DNA from: Selaginella moellendorffii
Lineage: Eukaryota > Plantae > Lycopodiophyta
Length of the DNA: 57,616 nt
Direction of reading: 5' to 3'
Assembly: GCF_000143415.4 (NCBI RefSeq)
Contig: NW_003314270.1
Location: forward strand, 854,928 to 912,543
Below, one piece after another: positions 12,227 through 25,105 of the stretch (its first letter is position 1; each line of letters begins with the position of its first letter). Both the position numbers and the translations under genes were made by a program. The notes under the pieces are model-generated. The model was not told the DNA's origin. It made no database searches and saw only the letters and a list, made by a program, of their open reading frames with translations.

Positions 12227-12402
12227 TGTGAGGGCCAAGTGTACGGCTACGATGCTGTATACTAATATTAGCGTAGTGGGATTTTGGTAGCTATCGGATT
12301 GGTTTCAATCCGGACCACTTGCTCCTGTATATAAGCTAGGGTTTTTGGGCTAATTGATATTCACATTTTCTATATTCCCTTTCCATATTCCGAGCACTCA
12401 CA
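12227..12402 (+). repeat. 3' LTR of family A (176 bp)
   Basis: Preceded by PPT GAGAGGAGGGGATGA; repeats 7394-7567. Confidence 0.95.
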
Positions 12403-15309
12403 ACTTTGTTTCATTTCTTTTATCAATTGCATAAGTTATCAATTTTTGACAAAGTTTTATTCCTTTGATCATATATTAGATCTAATTAGCAGTTACTCTA
12501 AATTTAAAAATTAGTTTGTTTTCTCAAGAAAAAAAGCTACATGGATTTATTTTGTAATTGAAATCAAATCATGGGAACCACCTATATTAAATGATGTGAT
12601 ATCTATTTCTACGTTTGTACACTTAAACCTTATATCATCTCTTCATTTTGGAAGGATGGAAGGTAGTTAAAGTTCTCTAGTTGATAGTTCTAGGCCACAT
12701 TAGCATGGCAGCTCAAGAGACTATCTCACTCCACCATAAAATAAAACTATAACCACACACCAATAGATGCCCATTGTGAGCAAAAGTGGAGATAATGGCA
12801 TTGTAGGCTATAAGATCCCATTGTGGCATTTCCAAAAATGCTATACCAAGCATGTCCAGTTGTTCAGCTGATTTAAATGTTTTCTATAGTTAGATATTGT
12901 GTCTTTGAAAGGGAGAAGACACTATTGGATGGTGGATTTGATCTGCAATTGTTGTTCAATATAAAAAAATTGGGCATAATTTCATTAAACATAAAACCAA
13001 CAAAGAACTTTTATATAGGAGGACTTATTATAGAAGTACCTATAGAAAGGAGGGTTGTTTCTGAACTGGAACCCAATGGTTTGCCCAGATGTGTCATCCA
13101 AAACAATTTTCCTTTGGAAACATTTCAACCGCATTGGCACTACTCTCCATTCGGGGCCATACCCACCCCAAAGCTGCCGCCACTGCCACTATATATTGGA
13201 CCTGGCATCATGGGTGGGCAACAGCCCATCCTTAGAGGGCCTTCAACCCTAACGCTGATTCAGTATGCTTGATTTTTTTTAAAAATGTTTTCATTGTCTA
13301 TTATACGGATAGATTTGATGAGGCTCTAGAAGAAGCTACCATGTCCTCAAAGATCTTTTCTCTAAAGAGGTGAGTTTCCTTTTTATTCTTTGTTTTCCTT
13401 TCTAAATTTTGTTTTGTTTCTACAAGGCAATGAATTATAAATAAAAACTGCAACACTCTACTTGTATGACCAAGAGGAGTTGAATTTTTACAAAGTGATG
13501 ATCTATGTAAGGCAAAGATATGAGATTATCATCAATTACCAGTCTACTACAGCTGAGCATGCCATCATCAAACAAAGCTAAACATCAAATTATAGATGAC
13601 TAATAAAAAAACTATAAGGTGATCTCTTAGCCCTGTACAAAAACAATGGTGTGTACATAAGCTGAGAGAAGAGACAAGGCTTCTATGGCTAGGCTAATTG
13701 GCTAGTGCCAACCAAATTGGAGCTTGGGTAAAGGTCAAACTCTAGCACAATTGTTTAGTTGGCTATGGGGCAAGATTGAGGGCAACACCTTGTAGAGCAC
13801 ATGGTTTACCCTCACCTAGATTTAATCCTAGATATAGTAAGAAAACTTAGTATCAACTGCCAACACCATGGCCAATAAGCTATGTTGTAGCTCAAGCATA
13901 TGCCATGGCACAGCTAAAAACCTAGAGCTTTTGAGGAACCTAGCTCCTAATTACTACAGTTATATTACTTCTTAGATGGCTTCATCAAAATGGAAGATTT
14001 TTTGTTAATGTGGTGTAAAGAGGCATAGGAATATTCTTTTGCTACTACTCTACAATAATAACATGTTCTTAAAAACAAAGTATTCTTCCTATATTAGCAA
14101 CACTGTGTTGATTTGTATTATGCATACTATATTATAGCTTGTAGTGCATAAAAAAAATATGAAAAATATTATATTTTTAAACCACTCATTTCCTTCTAGT
14201 GGAAATAATATTTTTATTAGTATGGATAAGTGTATGGCTTGGCTAGTTTAGAGTATTTAAAACTCTAGATGCAAAGGCTTTAATAGTTATTTTAATGGTT
14301 TGCATGATATAGGCATTTGATGGTGGAATTGGCTTGAAGAGTTTTGTGTAGATAAAAAACCACCAACATTTATCATATATAAGAGGTTTTCTTTTATTAA
14401 TTTTTTGCCCCTCACTATAGTATAGAGAATGCTTGCATAGAACTTTGATATTTTCAAAAAGGAAAAATGACAAATAAAGTAACACTTTCATCATTCTTAG
14501 CCTTCAAAGAGTTTAGAGAAACTTTTTGACATAGCTTGTTGACTTAACAATGATAAGTACAAGTTTTTCCAGTGGCCATATTTAAATTCTTAGAGAGAGA
14601 AGGAAAATATTTTAATTCCTAAAAATTCTAAATCTTCTTTCTTGCCCACAAAGGTAAAAGGGGGGCATAAAGAACCTTCTTGTGTTTGAGCGAGTGTTGG
14701 GGGAGTGCCTTTCATTCCCCTAACAAATGATGAATTTGGCATGACATACCTCATTTTCTATAAAATTATTTTTCTCTTTCTCTTTTGACTACTAACTTTG
14801 AGGAGTGATTTTTTGTTAATTTGGCTATAGATTTACTTGATCTTGGGCACATTAGATAGTTTTGGTTCTCTTTTTTTTGGTGAAGTATAACACTCATCAA
14901 GCCATGTAATATTTGAGGAGATAAATTATTTCTTGGCTTGATTTTGTGAACAGTTTTTTCTTTATTACCTAAATTCTTAGCCTAATTTCTCAAAGTGGTG
15001 CATTTGTGTTTATAGATCTGGCTTATATCTACAAGTAGAGGTGGTTATTTGTGCTAGAATTGAGAAAATTCATGGCATGCAAATGATTTTCTTCTTAGGC
15101 TAAATAAAGGTGTCCTCATAGCAAGAATTTAACCTTCTTTAGGTTTCATTTTGGATGCCATTTTTTTCTAGAGGCACTTTTAGTCATAACCTTTCCATCA
15201 ATAGTTTTAGCGCTTTAGTATTGATCCAAGTTGACAATATGCTAGTGGTTTTTCACAATGTTGATATTCTAGATTTACCTTTCTTGGATTTTATGGGATA
15301 TTAAGACAT

Positions 15310-15486
15310 TATAATCTCCTAAATTTAGACTTTTTAAAAGGTTAACCAGCCCAATACTAAAGATATTTAACCCAAAAACCTTTAACTGATTGAAAAATAA
15401 CGTTCACTCTTATTTATATGCCTTTTTTCCTCTATATTTGAATTTTTATGAATTGTTTCTCAAATTATTCTCTTTAGTTGCTTACA
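15310..15486 (-). mobile_element. Degenerate solo LTR of the Cassandra-type TRIM
   Basis: Colinear with 24231-24430 throughout (...gactttt..aggttaaccagcccaatact...ttaaccc...cctctatatttgaa...ctttagttgcttaca). Confidence 0.65.
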
Positions 15487-16200
15487 AGTATTTTTATCAT
15501 GAATTCTTGAGATAGGGTTGTAGATTAGGTTGAGCTCTTTCCAACAAGCCTATTTAAAGATAGAATAGTCATTAAAAGGTATTTAAGATTATACAATTTA
15601 GTGTTTGCTTCCAAGCCCCTATAAAAAGTTGAATATGTTTAGAATTGAGACTAGGATATTTATTTTCCTTTTTTAAATTAAACTTTGTTAAATGTTTTTT
15701 GGAAAAGAAGCAATCTTTCTAGTAGACGTGTTTAAAAGTGGGTTTTAGGATGTTGAGGGAGCTACTTTAAAGCAAATTTACCAACAAAACTATTTTTCTT
15801 TCATTTTCAAGCTTGTTTTCTTTGTCACATGATTTTGGTATTTGAGTATTTGATACTAGTATTGACTAGGTGTAGTGCATCTGATTATGGGATGAAATTT
15901 AGATATATTATAACCATAAATCCTTAAAATCTTAGGGGATAGAAACATTATTCTTCTTTCCCCAAATCTTTGTCAGAATTTGAGTTTTCTTCTTCAGTGG
16001 GATTTGGCTGGAATAAAAAAAAAAGCCAGTAAAAACACTCTTTTATTAAATAATTGCTATTTTTCCAATTGGTTTAAGAGGAAAGAAATAAGATGCACTA
16101 TATGTGGTATAAGAGTAAATGACATTGGGTTAATTCCCATTGATTAATGGCTATTTAAAATATAATATATCCTTAAAATGGAAATTGTACGTAATTTTCC

Positions 16201-16350
16201 TTCATCTTATAAACCATTTATAGACAAAGGTATCCACCGTGGGACTATAGTATCTCTAAAGAAGAGGCAAGTGTTTTTCATCTTATAGGGCATTTACAGA
16301 CAAAAATATCCATCATGGGACTGTAGTATTTCTAAAGAAAAGGTTAGTGT
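16201..16350. repeat. Diverged 76-bp tandem duplication
   Basis: Units start ttcatcttata at 16201 and 16277 and align to their ends. Confidence 0.8.
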
Positions 16351-17229
16351 AACATATGTGATTATAGGATAAGATTTGAATTTAGAGAAAGATATGATAC
16401 ATTATATTATGCATGTGGTAAATTAACACCCTTTTTCTCATAACTCAAAGCTTATAGGATCCAAAAGCAACTTAGGTATGACATAACACCTTCAAAAGCC
16501 AAGTCTTCTTTATCATTGATAAGTTCTAATGACTTAGATTTGTCATTGTGAGTTATGGAGCAACCATCTTTAATTTGACCTTAGCTCCACATTTTACAAA
16601 AGAAGAGTGATCTGCCAACTTTTTCAAATGTTAGAGAAATCTCTCTAATGTCTCATATCAACCTCTTTGACTACTATTACACCATAAACACAATTGTCAA
16701 TGATGATCATATATGTTGTGACTTCTTGCAATCTCTTGAAGGCAAAGCGACAACTTAGGTGAAGTTTCTTCTCCTAATGGATAGGATGGACTTCCAGATG
16801 CTACTTGCTTCCTTTAAGTAGCATTTCATCAAAGAAAAACCCACAAATCAGCTATTTATTGATTTCTTTTTGTTCTAGTGAGGACTCACGAGTCTATCCC
16901 TGATTACATCACCAAACTTAGAGCGTGCTGGCTATTTATGACCATCTAGTCCAAGAAAAGCTAGAATAAATAAAATAATAATAACACTAAAATACAAGTA
17001 AAGAAACTACTAAACATCTCCACCAATGTCACATTTTTGCTTGTATAATAATGGATGGACTAAATCAAGCTCTATATATAAATTATCTATTTATTTGTAA
17101 ATTGATATGTTAAGAATAGATAGTATCTCATACACAACATGAACTGTTTGATTTGATTGAATAGTCCATATCTAAGGGTCTACTTCTAATTAGGATATTT
17201 CATATAACAATTATTAATCATTCTCATAA

Positions 17230-18132
17230 ATGAAATATAAAATTTTTATTTTAATTAATTTTTCATATATTTCCATTTATTATTCTCAAAAAATATTTCA
17301 TTATGAGGATTATGGAGATAATGGACAAATTCCAGAGCAAATAAACATGAATGATTTAGCATCAATGTTTATTATTTTTCTAAGACACTCATTGCCTTCT
17401 GGTAGAAATACACAAGTGGGTTCCACATTTTATACATCTTACATAAGTTCAGAGTTACAAATTAATATGTTATTTGTTATACTATCTGCAAGCATAAATT
17501 GTCCAATAAGCAATGGTATACATGAAATTAATAATGATGCTACTAGGCTTTTATTATCAAGAGTTGGTAGAGAAGTTTATTTATCTTTTCGAAATGCTAG
17601 AGCATCACATTTTATAAGTATTATTATTCAGTATGATATTGGTACTTTTGTAGTTTTATATCAAATACATGGCTATATTTCTAGAATAACACCTTTTTAT
17701 AATATTCACATACATTCACTTCCATATAAATTTTGTAACTTTTTTAAAAATAGATTATTTAGTGGATATAAAGGTTTATATATAGCTACACTTAATCCTG
17801 GTGAATTTTTAACACATTTTTATAAAGAATATATATTTTTAGTACAACTTGATTGTAATACTGTTTTTTATTATCAAAATACAGTTTTATGGGATACTAA
17901 AACTTATGGAGCTAGTTTTGATTGTAAATTAAGATTACAAGAAGATGGAAATCTTGTACTTTATTCAGCATTTGATTTACAATCATTATATGCAACTGGA
18001 ACTTATTGTAAAAAATCTAATTGTGTGAAACCATCAATGCTTATTCTACAATTAAATTGTCATTTAGTTTTATATCAAGATGGAAATCCTTCTATACAAA
18101 TGTGGTCAACTGAAACAATATGTTATAATTAA
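17230..18132 (+). CDS. Putative secreted protein: unknown N-terminal domain plus C-terminal GNA/bulb-type mannose-binding lectin domain; intronless, very AT-rich
   Basis: 300-codon ORF. QxDxNxVxY motifs QLDCNTVFY and QEDGNLVLY, a degenerate third site QLNCHLVLY, and W-x-T motifs (LWDT, MWST). Hydrophobic N-terminus, TATATATAAA at 17073, AATAAA at 18131. Confidence 0.75.
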   Translation: MKYKIFILINFSYISIYYSQKIFHYEDYGDNGQIPEQINMNDLASMFIIFLRHSLPSGRNTQVGSTFYTSYISSELQINMLFVILSASINCPISNGIHEINNDATRLLLSRVGREVYLSFRNARASHFISIIIQYDIGTFVVLYQIHGYISRITPFYNIHIHSLPYKFCNFFKNRLFSGYKGLYIATLNPGEFLTHFYKEYIFLVQLDCNTVFYYQNTVLWDTKTYGASFDCKLRLQEDGNLVLYSAFDLQSLYATGTYCKKSNCVKPSMLILQLNCHLVLYQDGNPSIQMWSTETICYN

Positions 18133-18493
18133 TAAATTCAAATGTAATTAGAATTTTATATTTTACTTTAAAACTTGAAATTTTTCAAACTTATTCCCAA
18201 ATATAGCTAAAATTCAAATTTACCTAAACTAGAACAAAATTTATTTAATAGTTGTATGCTTAGATAATTTATTCTTAATTCCAGTAAATTTATAATACTA
18301 TATTACTTTCATTAAATCAAATATTAATTTGGAATACTAACTCTGTGAAAAAATACTAAATTTATGCAATAAATATATTTAACGTAATTCTACTAAATAC
18401 TAAAATACAGTTTAAAAGGATCCCATTGTAAAGAATGAGGGTTTTACCATAGAACTTCCGACCTGGAGATTTGGTAATAACACTTTATTCTTT

Positions 18494-18754
18494 TCACAAT
18501 ATAATTACAGAATTGAGTAGCCCCTTGTCACTTTTACTCTCTTGCTCGGCTCCTAAAAACTCTGCAGCAGACGTTTGCGAGTCCTGCGAGTCCTGGGTAT
18601 GGTGACGAGCAGGATTGGGATGCTCCATGACTTGTTGCGCAGCTGTTAGACCCAGGAGCTTTTCACTCTGAGTTCCACAAGCAAATAGAAGATCAACCAT
18701 GCAAGCGTAATGCTCCCGTGACATCAGTTTGTTCAGCCGGTCGTCCGCTTGCAT
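18494..18754 (-). pseudogene. Fragment of a PLS-class PPR gene (C-terminal/E region)
   Basis: REHYACMVDLL followed, after an internal deletion, by ..ACGTQ..GLTAAQQVME. Confidence 0.65.
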
Positions 18755-19006
18755 TGACTCGATACACTCGTAACCTTCGGCCCTCCAGCACAGATAACAT
18801 GCTCAACACAGTGATCTCACTGCTGGAACAACTTATACAACTCTGAAAGAACATGCACAGAAGCAAAACGATGGCTCCCACTCTGATATATCATCACTGT
18901 GTATATACATATACACATGATCAACAGTCGTGACTATCCTACACCTGGATCAGTGATGTGGCAACTCATGCCACATAGACTCTCATGTCCAACAAACTCG
19001 ACTGCA

Positions 19007-20135
<1,129 letters not shown>

Positions 20136-20392
20136 ACTCTCGCAAAGGCCATAGAATTTTGCCAATAATAAACCTCTTTTCCCATTGCTCAAAGACACTA
20201 CAATAGAATTGAGGAGGACCTCACTAAGATTCCAGACTTGATTGCCGAGTCCTCTGGCTTGATGTCGTCGTAGGCCATGCTGTAGACGCTTGAAACGAAA
20301 TCGAGCATCGTGTGTGAGGGAGCCTCTTTGGCGAAGTGCCGATACGAAGCATGCAAGCATTCTTGTTCTATCTTTCGAAACAGCTTCCATAG

Positions 20393-20969
20393 TCAAACCA
20401 CGGTGGCCGCTCTACACATGTTAGAGAGCATTACATATAGTGAACCGACACCAGGCTCTGCTTCCATGGCAGCCTGGGACGCGACGGCAAGGCCATCCTT
20501 GCTGCTGTAATGGCCGCCCCGACACGCCGCTACGAAGCATCGCATGGCGGCCATCAAGGCTTGGGCATCGGTCACGTATCCCGCACTGCACAAGAGGGTC
20601 AGCATGCAGCTGTAGTGCTGCCCGCTCGCTACAAGCCCAAAGTCGCAAGTCATGGAGCAGCCGCCTCTCACAGCTCCTCTATGGCTCCACGCCCCGAGAA
20701 CGCTCGCGAAACAGATGCCATCCGGGTGCCCCACCAGGTTCATTTCGTTGAAGAGCTGCAGTGCCATCTGCGGCTGGCCCGCTTGAGCGTAGGCGCTGAT
20801 GACTGCCGTCCACGACACCACGTTCCGCTCGGACATGCATGCAAACAAATTGCCACACTTGGACATTTGCCCGCACTGGGCAAAGCAGGGCGTTCCACGA
20901 GATGACATCTCTCTCTCGCATGACGATAAATTCCTCTATGCTTCCGCTGCTTCCAAACGCCGAAAGCAT
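20393..20969 (-). pseudogene. PLS-E class PPR pseudogene fragment
   Basis: MRERDVISWNALL, MSERNVVSWTAVISAYAQAG, ICFASVLGAWSHRG, QHYSCMLTLL, YVMLSNM; frameshifted and deleted. Confidence 0.85.
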
Positions 20970-21049
20970 AGCGTTGCAGTTCTACTAATTGAGTTATCTC
21001 ATTATTTCAAACATAAAACCAAAAACAGAGCAACTTGTACCTCTTGCGC

Positions 21050-21812
21050 GCGCTACGCCAGCTCCTCCGCCAGCAGCCCGCCAGCGCCGCCGCCGCCTCA
21101 TCTGCCCCGAGCACGCAGCGTGAGCGGCAGCCGGATGCAGATGAGCCCCACCAGGTGGAGGATGGTGCACGGGCAGCAGCACAGCGCCGCGCAGTCGCCC
21201 GCGAACGGGGCAAGTTGGTTGTCGTGGCCGAAACGCTCGGGTTGGAAGCGAAACGATGAGATGGTGGTCGACTTTTCAGGGTTGGGGTGGCGGGGGACGT
21301 CGCCGCCGCCGCCGCCACAAACGAGAGCGCGGCACTGGATCTAAGACCACAAGAGGAGCCGCCGGGGAGGAGCGAAGAGGCGGCGGCGATTGAGTCGGCG
21401 GAATCGGAGATTGATCGTCGGGAGGCGATCGCAACCCCGTCGCTCAAGGCGCCTCCTCCATCGCCGGAAGTGGACGCGGCCATGGCGGCTGGGGACTCCG
21501 AGAGGCAACCAAAGCAGCAACAGGGCCATCACCACCACCACCACCTTCGATCCGGATCCGCCAAGAACATGGCCCGTCACTCGGTGCTGGAGCGGTCGCT
21601 CTGCGCCGCCGGATCCAAGGGGCGCAGCAGTGGAGGAACCCGAGGAGGAGGAGGAGGCGGAGAGGCGGAGGGGCAAGTGCTCGACGTGAAAGCGCCACCA
21701 GGTGGAGGATGGTGCACGGGCAGCAGTACAGCGCCGCGCAGTCGCCCGCGAACGCCCCCCCCCCCGGCCCCGACAACGAACTTGCCCGAGCGGGCTTCGA
21801 GCCCGTGACCAT
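21050..21812 (-). pseudogene. Rearranged, partly duplicated gene for a small plant Cys-rich membrane-type protein, with unrelated GC-rich coding-like DNA in between
   Basis: The FAGDCAAL(Y/C)CCPCTILHLV-encoding segment occurs twice (~21150-21205 and ~21696-21753); no complete ORF. Confidence 0.45.
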
Positions 21813-22243
21813 CTTTCTCCGAGCGTACAAGCGTTTCGAGCTCCCGACCTCCATCTCTGTCTCTCTCACTGTCGGAGCAAGAACAAACGCGTCTCTCTCT
21901 GTGGCATCACACGAGAAAGCCAGAGGTTTGGCATTTTACTTCGTGTTTGGTCACGGATCTGACGATTCCATATTACACGGCAGCCTGTGCTTCAGTTTGA
22001 GCAACTCAAGTGTGTTCCACCGCTTCTTCCGGAGAACGAGAAAACGTTTTTTTCTTCGTTCTTCCGGCCTAGGGTTTAAGAATTATAAATACTAGTAGTT
22101 TTAATATATATTTGAACAAATCTACAAACTTTCCTAACTCGTATTGTGTAGTGGATATTCTCAAAATTGACATATTCTAAACGTGTAATCAAGTCTAGCA
22201 AAGAATTGGAAGTAACCAAAACTTGTAACAAGAGAAAAAAAGC

Positions 22244-23024
22244 TCACAGCATTCTTTGCTGGCTAATTTGGTTTTCTAGTGTGGCTGTCGATTCCTGGAG
22301 GAGTAATCTTGCCTCGTTCCTTCTCCTGACAAAATCAAAGAGAAAAACCATGATAAAAACGAATCCAGTGCTTACTTGCGAACTTCTTCCACGGCTTGCT
22401 TTCGTCTTTGCACTTGTGTCTCCAGAATGCGAATAAGTGTCGCTCTGGCCTGGAGAACAGTGTTTTCCATGAGCAAAAGAACGAAAAACTTGAGCAAAAG
22501 AGAGTTGTTTTTTTTTCTTTCCAAACCTGGTGTGGCCTGAGTGAATTCAGCAAGTGATGCATGTTTCTGAGAATGAGCCCCATGTCTTCCACTCTCCGAG
22601 CATACTGCGAAGGCCTCTCCACCAATACGTCGGCGAGCTCCATCATCTGGAGCACAAGCTCCCGGTTCAAAGCCTTGAGCTCCTTCTTGTAGTCTAAACT
22701 CCCAAAGTTTGAGGCAACCCACTCGTAGAAAAACAGAGAAAATCTTGGTCGAGTCTCGACTTACCAATGTTGGGTCCTTTGGGATACAGTTGCCGAAGCC
22801 CCACTTCCTCCAAGCTGGGTAGCGCATCGTCAGTCTGGAAGCTCAAGCTTATAAGAGAAGGAAAAGAAAAGTGGAGAAAGAGGGTCTCTAACTGTGTAGG
22901 TGTTGCCAAAGACGCTGTAGGTTCCCTGGAGCAGCGAAGGCGGCGATGGCGCGGAGGTTTGATCCTTGTAGAGCTTGTAATAGGGAGGCGGGGGCGGATA
23001 TGCAGCAGACGTTGTGGTAGCCAT
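22244..23024 (-). CDS. MED7: Mediator subunit 7; exons 23024-22893, 22834-22765, 22693-22527, 22449-22376, 22325-22244
   Basis: YPPPPPYYKLY, LPSLEEVGLRQLYP, DYKKELKALNREL, LRNMHHLLNSLRPHQARATL. GT-AG introns give a continuous frame. Confidence 0.95.
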
Positions 23025-24141
23025 AGCTAGGGCTACTTATTCCCGAATATTCCTTTTCATTTAAAACTTTTGGATTCTTCGTAACCCGGTCCTGCTGATC
23101 ATCGATGTACAACCCTGGGGGCTGGCAATCGACACTCCATCGAAAGCGTCAAGGAGGACGCTACGCATGAACACGTATTCTTACCAATCGTAAGCACCTA
23201 TGATGAATGAAGCCTTTTGAATCTTCATTGAATGGCATGCTTTACCTTGTGTTTTGAGCATTTGTTACCAAATGTGAAGGATGTTTATCAACACTTCCTA
23301 TTGACAGTCCTGACCATTAGGGCAGCTTACTTAAACCAACGGTTCACTAATCAATTGCCACAAACAACTAAGGTTTTTATGTGAAGACATAAGGAATCCC
23401 ACGATTCAATGGTAATCAGCAAGGTCTTCATCCACATATACTGTTTACATGGGCTCATGGCAGCCCCCAAGCGGTTATGTTCTTACACTATCAGACACAG
23501 TATTCTTTTGGGCATGTTATCAATTAGGCAACAATGTGTAACACTGGCTCAGTGTGATCCAACTTTGGCCAAACATTATTTCATTATTTCAAGAGCTCTG
23601 TGGATGAGAACATGTCACAATGTATCACTTTTACTGGATGTTGTTTCTTTACTCACCACTAAAGCCCACTCACTTGGTATGATTTATGTAAAATATAAAT
23701 AATAATTATAAGTTAAACTAAAAATTACTAATAATACAATAAAAACTTATAAAACACTTTTCATCATAGTAAATTAAAATTTAATCAACTAATGCATTAA
23801 TCATTCTGATTTGAACCACTGTTATGCCTCATATAAGCATGATCAACATTTAAGTGGTAATATGTGATAAAATATTTCTAATGTAGAACTATTATGAGAT
23901 TACCAAATTTTATTATGACTTTATATATGACATAATTTCAATAATGTTTTTTAAGAAATAAGATTATATATGCATTTAGAAAAGCTTTTTACCTATAAAA
24001 CTATAACCACTATGTGTAAGTATTAATTTAAATTTACTTGTATTATTTTAATATTTAAAAACTTAAATGTTTGAAAACTTAAAGCACACTTTAAATTGCA
24101 AATATTAAAATTTCAGTTTATATGTAGTATCTGTTTACTTA

Positions 24142-24205
24142 TCTTCTTTATGAAAGAAAAATAATATATGAACTCTTCTTTATGAAAGAAAAATAATATA
24201 TGAAC
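24142..24205. repeat. Perfect 32-bp tandem duplication
   Basis: tcttctttatgaaagaaaaataatatatgaac x2. Confidence 0.95.
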
Positions 24206-24621
24206 TAAAATATATGGCTGTGAGGTCCAATGTAACGCTCCTGAGTTTGGACTTCCCGAGAGGTCACCCAGCCCAGCCCAGTACTATTCAAACCCAAGGA
24301 CACTTAACCCCAAATATCCCAAAACCCTTAACCGATTAGAAAAAAGGGTGCACTCTTGTTCATGAGCCCTTTTCCTCTATATTTGAACCCCATGGATCAT
24401 CTCTTAACTCGTTCCCTTTAGTTACTTACAATCCACCACACTTCCTTACAAGTTCACGCCCTCGTGAACGGAAGCTGAGAGCTGCAACTCTCCCGAGAAC
24501 CCCGCTCTCTTGACACCCTACCCCTCGAGTCGAGCCCAGCGGGAGAAAACTGGACCAGCCAGATGTCAATCAATATGTGGTGTGATTCCCCTAGCCAACC
24601 AACAGAGTCGGACCTGAAACC

Positions 24622-25008
24622 TGTCAGGAATCCCCCAATTCTTGCCACATTCCTGACTCTCGCCGGATTCCTGACCTGCAGACCACATTCCTGACTCTCG
24701 AGACACTTCTCTATTCCTGACTCTCGAGACACTTCCCTATTCCTGACTCTCGAGACACTTCCCGATTCCTGAGTCTCGAGCCACATTCCTGATGATGATG
24801 TGGCGCCTCCTCGACCTCAGCTGTATTTAGGTTGTCCTCGATCCAAGAGTGGTGGAGCTTCATCAACCTATAGTATATATAGGTTAGCCTTGTTCCATTT
24901 CTTCACAATCTGAATCAACACCAGTCTAAGGCCTCTTCTTTGTTTTCACTAGCTTTTTCTCTTTGTCTTTAGCATTTTCCAGTCTTGATCTTGTTGGGGG
25001 TCTTGACA
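24622..25008 (+). repeat. 5' LTR of the chromovirus, with 26-bp tandem units (24687-24790) and TATA box (24874-24881)
   Basis: TGTCAGG...CTTGACA termini; ATTCCTGACTCTCGAGACACTTC units start at 24687, 24713, 24739 and (partial) 24765. Confidence 0.97.
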
Positions 25009-25105
25009 GTTTGATTCAGATTGTGTTTTTTGCTTTTCTTTTAGCTTGTTTTGATTATTTGATTGCCTTTGTCTTTTCCCCCCTTTCTTTTCTTTCTTCT
25101 TGCCA

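Larger units (their letters stand above)
7394..12402 (+). mobile_element. Full-length, inactivated non-chromovirus Ty3/gypsy LTR retrotransposon (family A)
   Basis: LTRs at 7394-7567 and 12227-12402 (TGTGAG...CTCACA; about 9 substitutions and 2 indels by eye). TSD AGTTT/ACTTT, PBS 7569-7584, PPT 12212-12226. Domain order gag-PR-RT-RH-IN. Confidence 0.95.

Noticed and set aside
12500-16950. Short ORFs (12877-13272, 14243-14494) and coding-like patches
   Set aside because: No recognisable domain or termini. Probably decayed TE DNA, but I cannot classify it.
24249-24309. 5S rRNA gene
   Set aside because: Only the internal promoter portion is present and it lies within a TG...CA LTR, so it is part of the TRIM.
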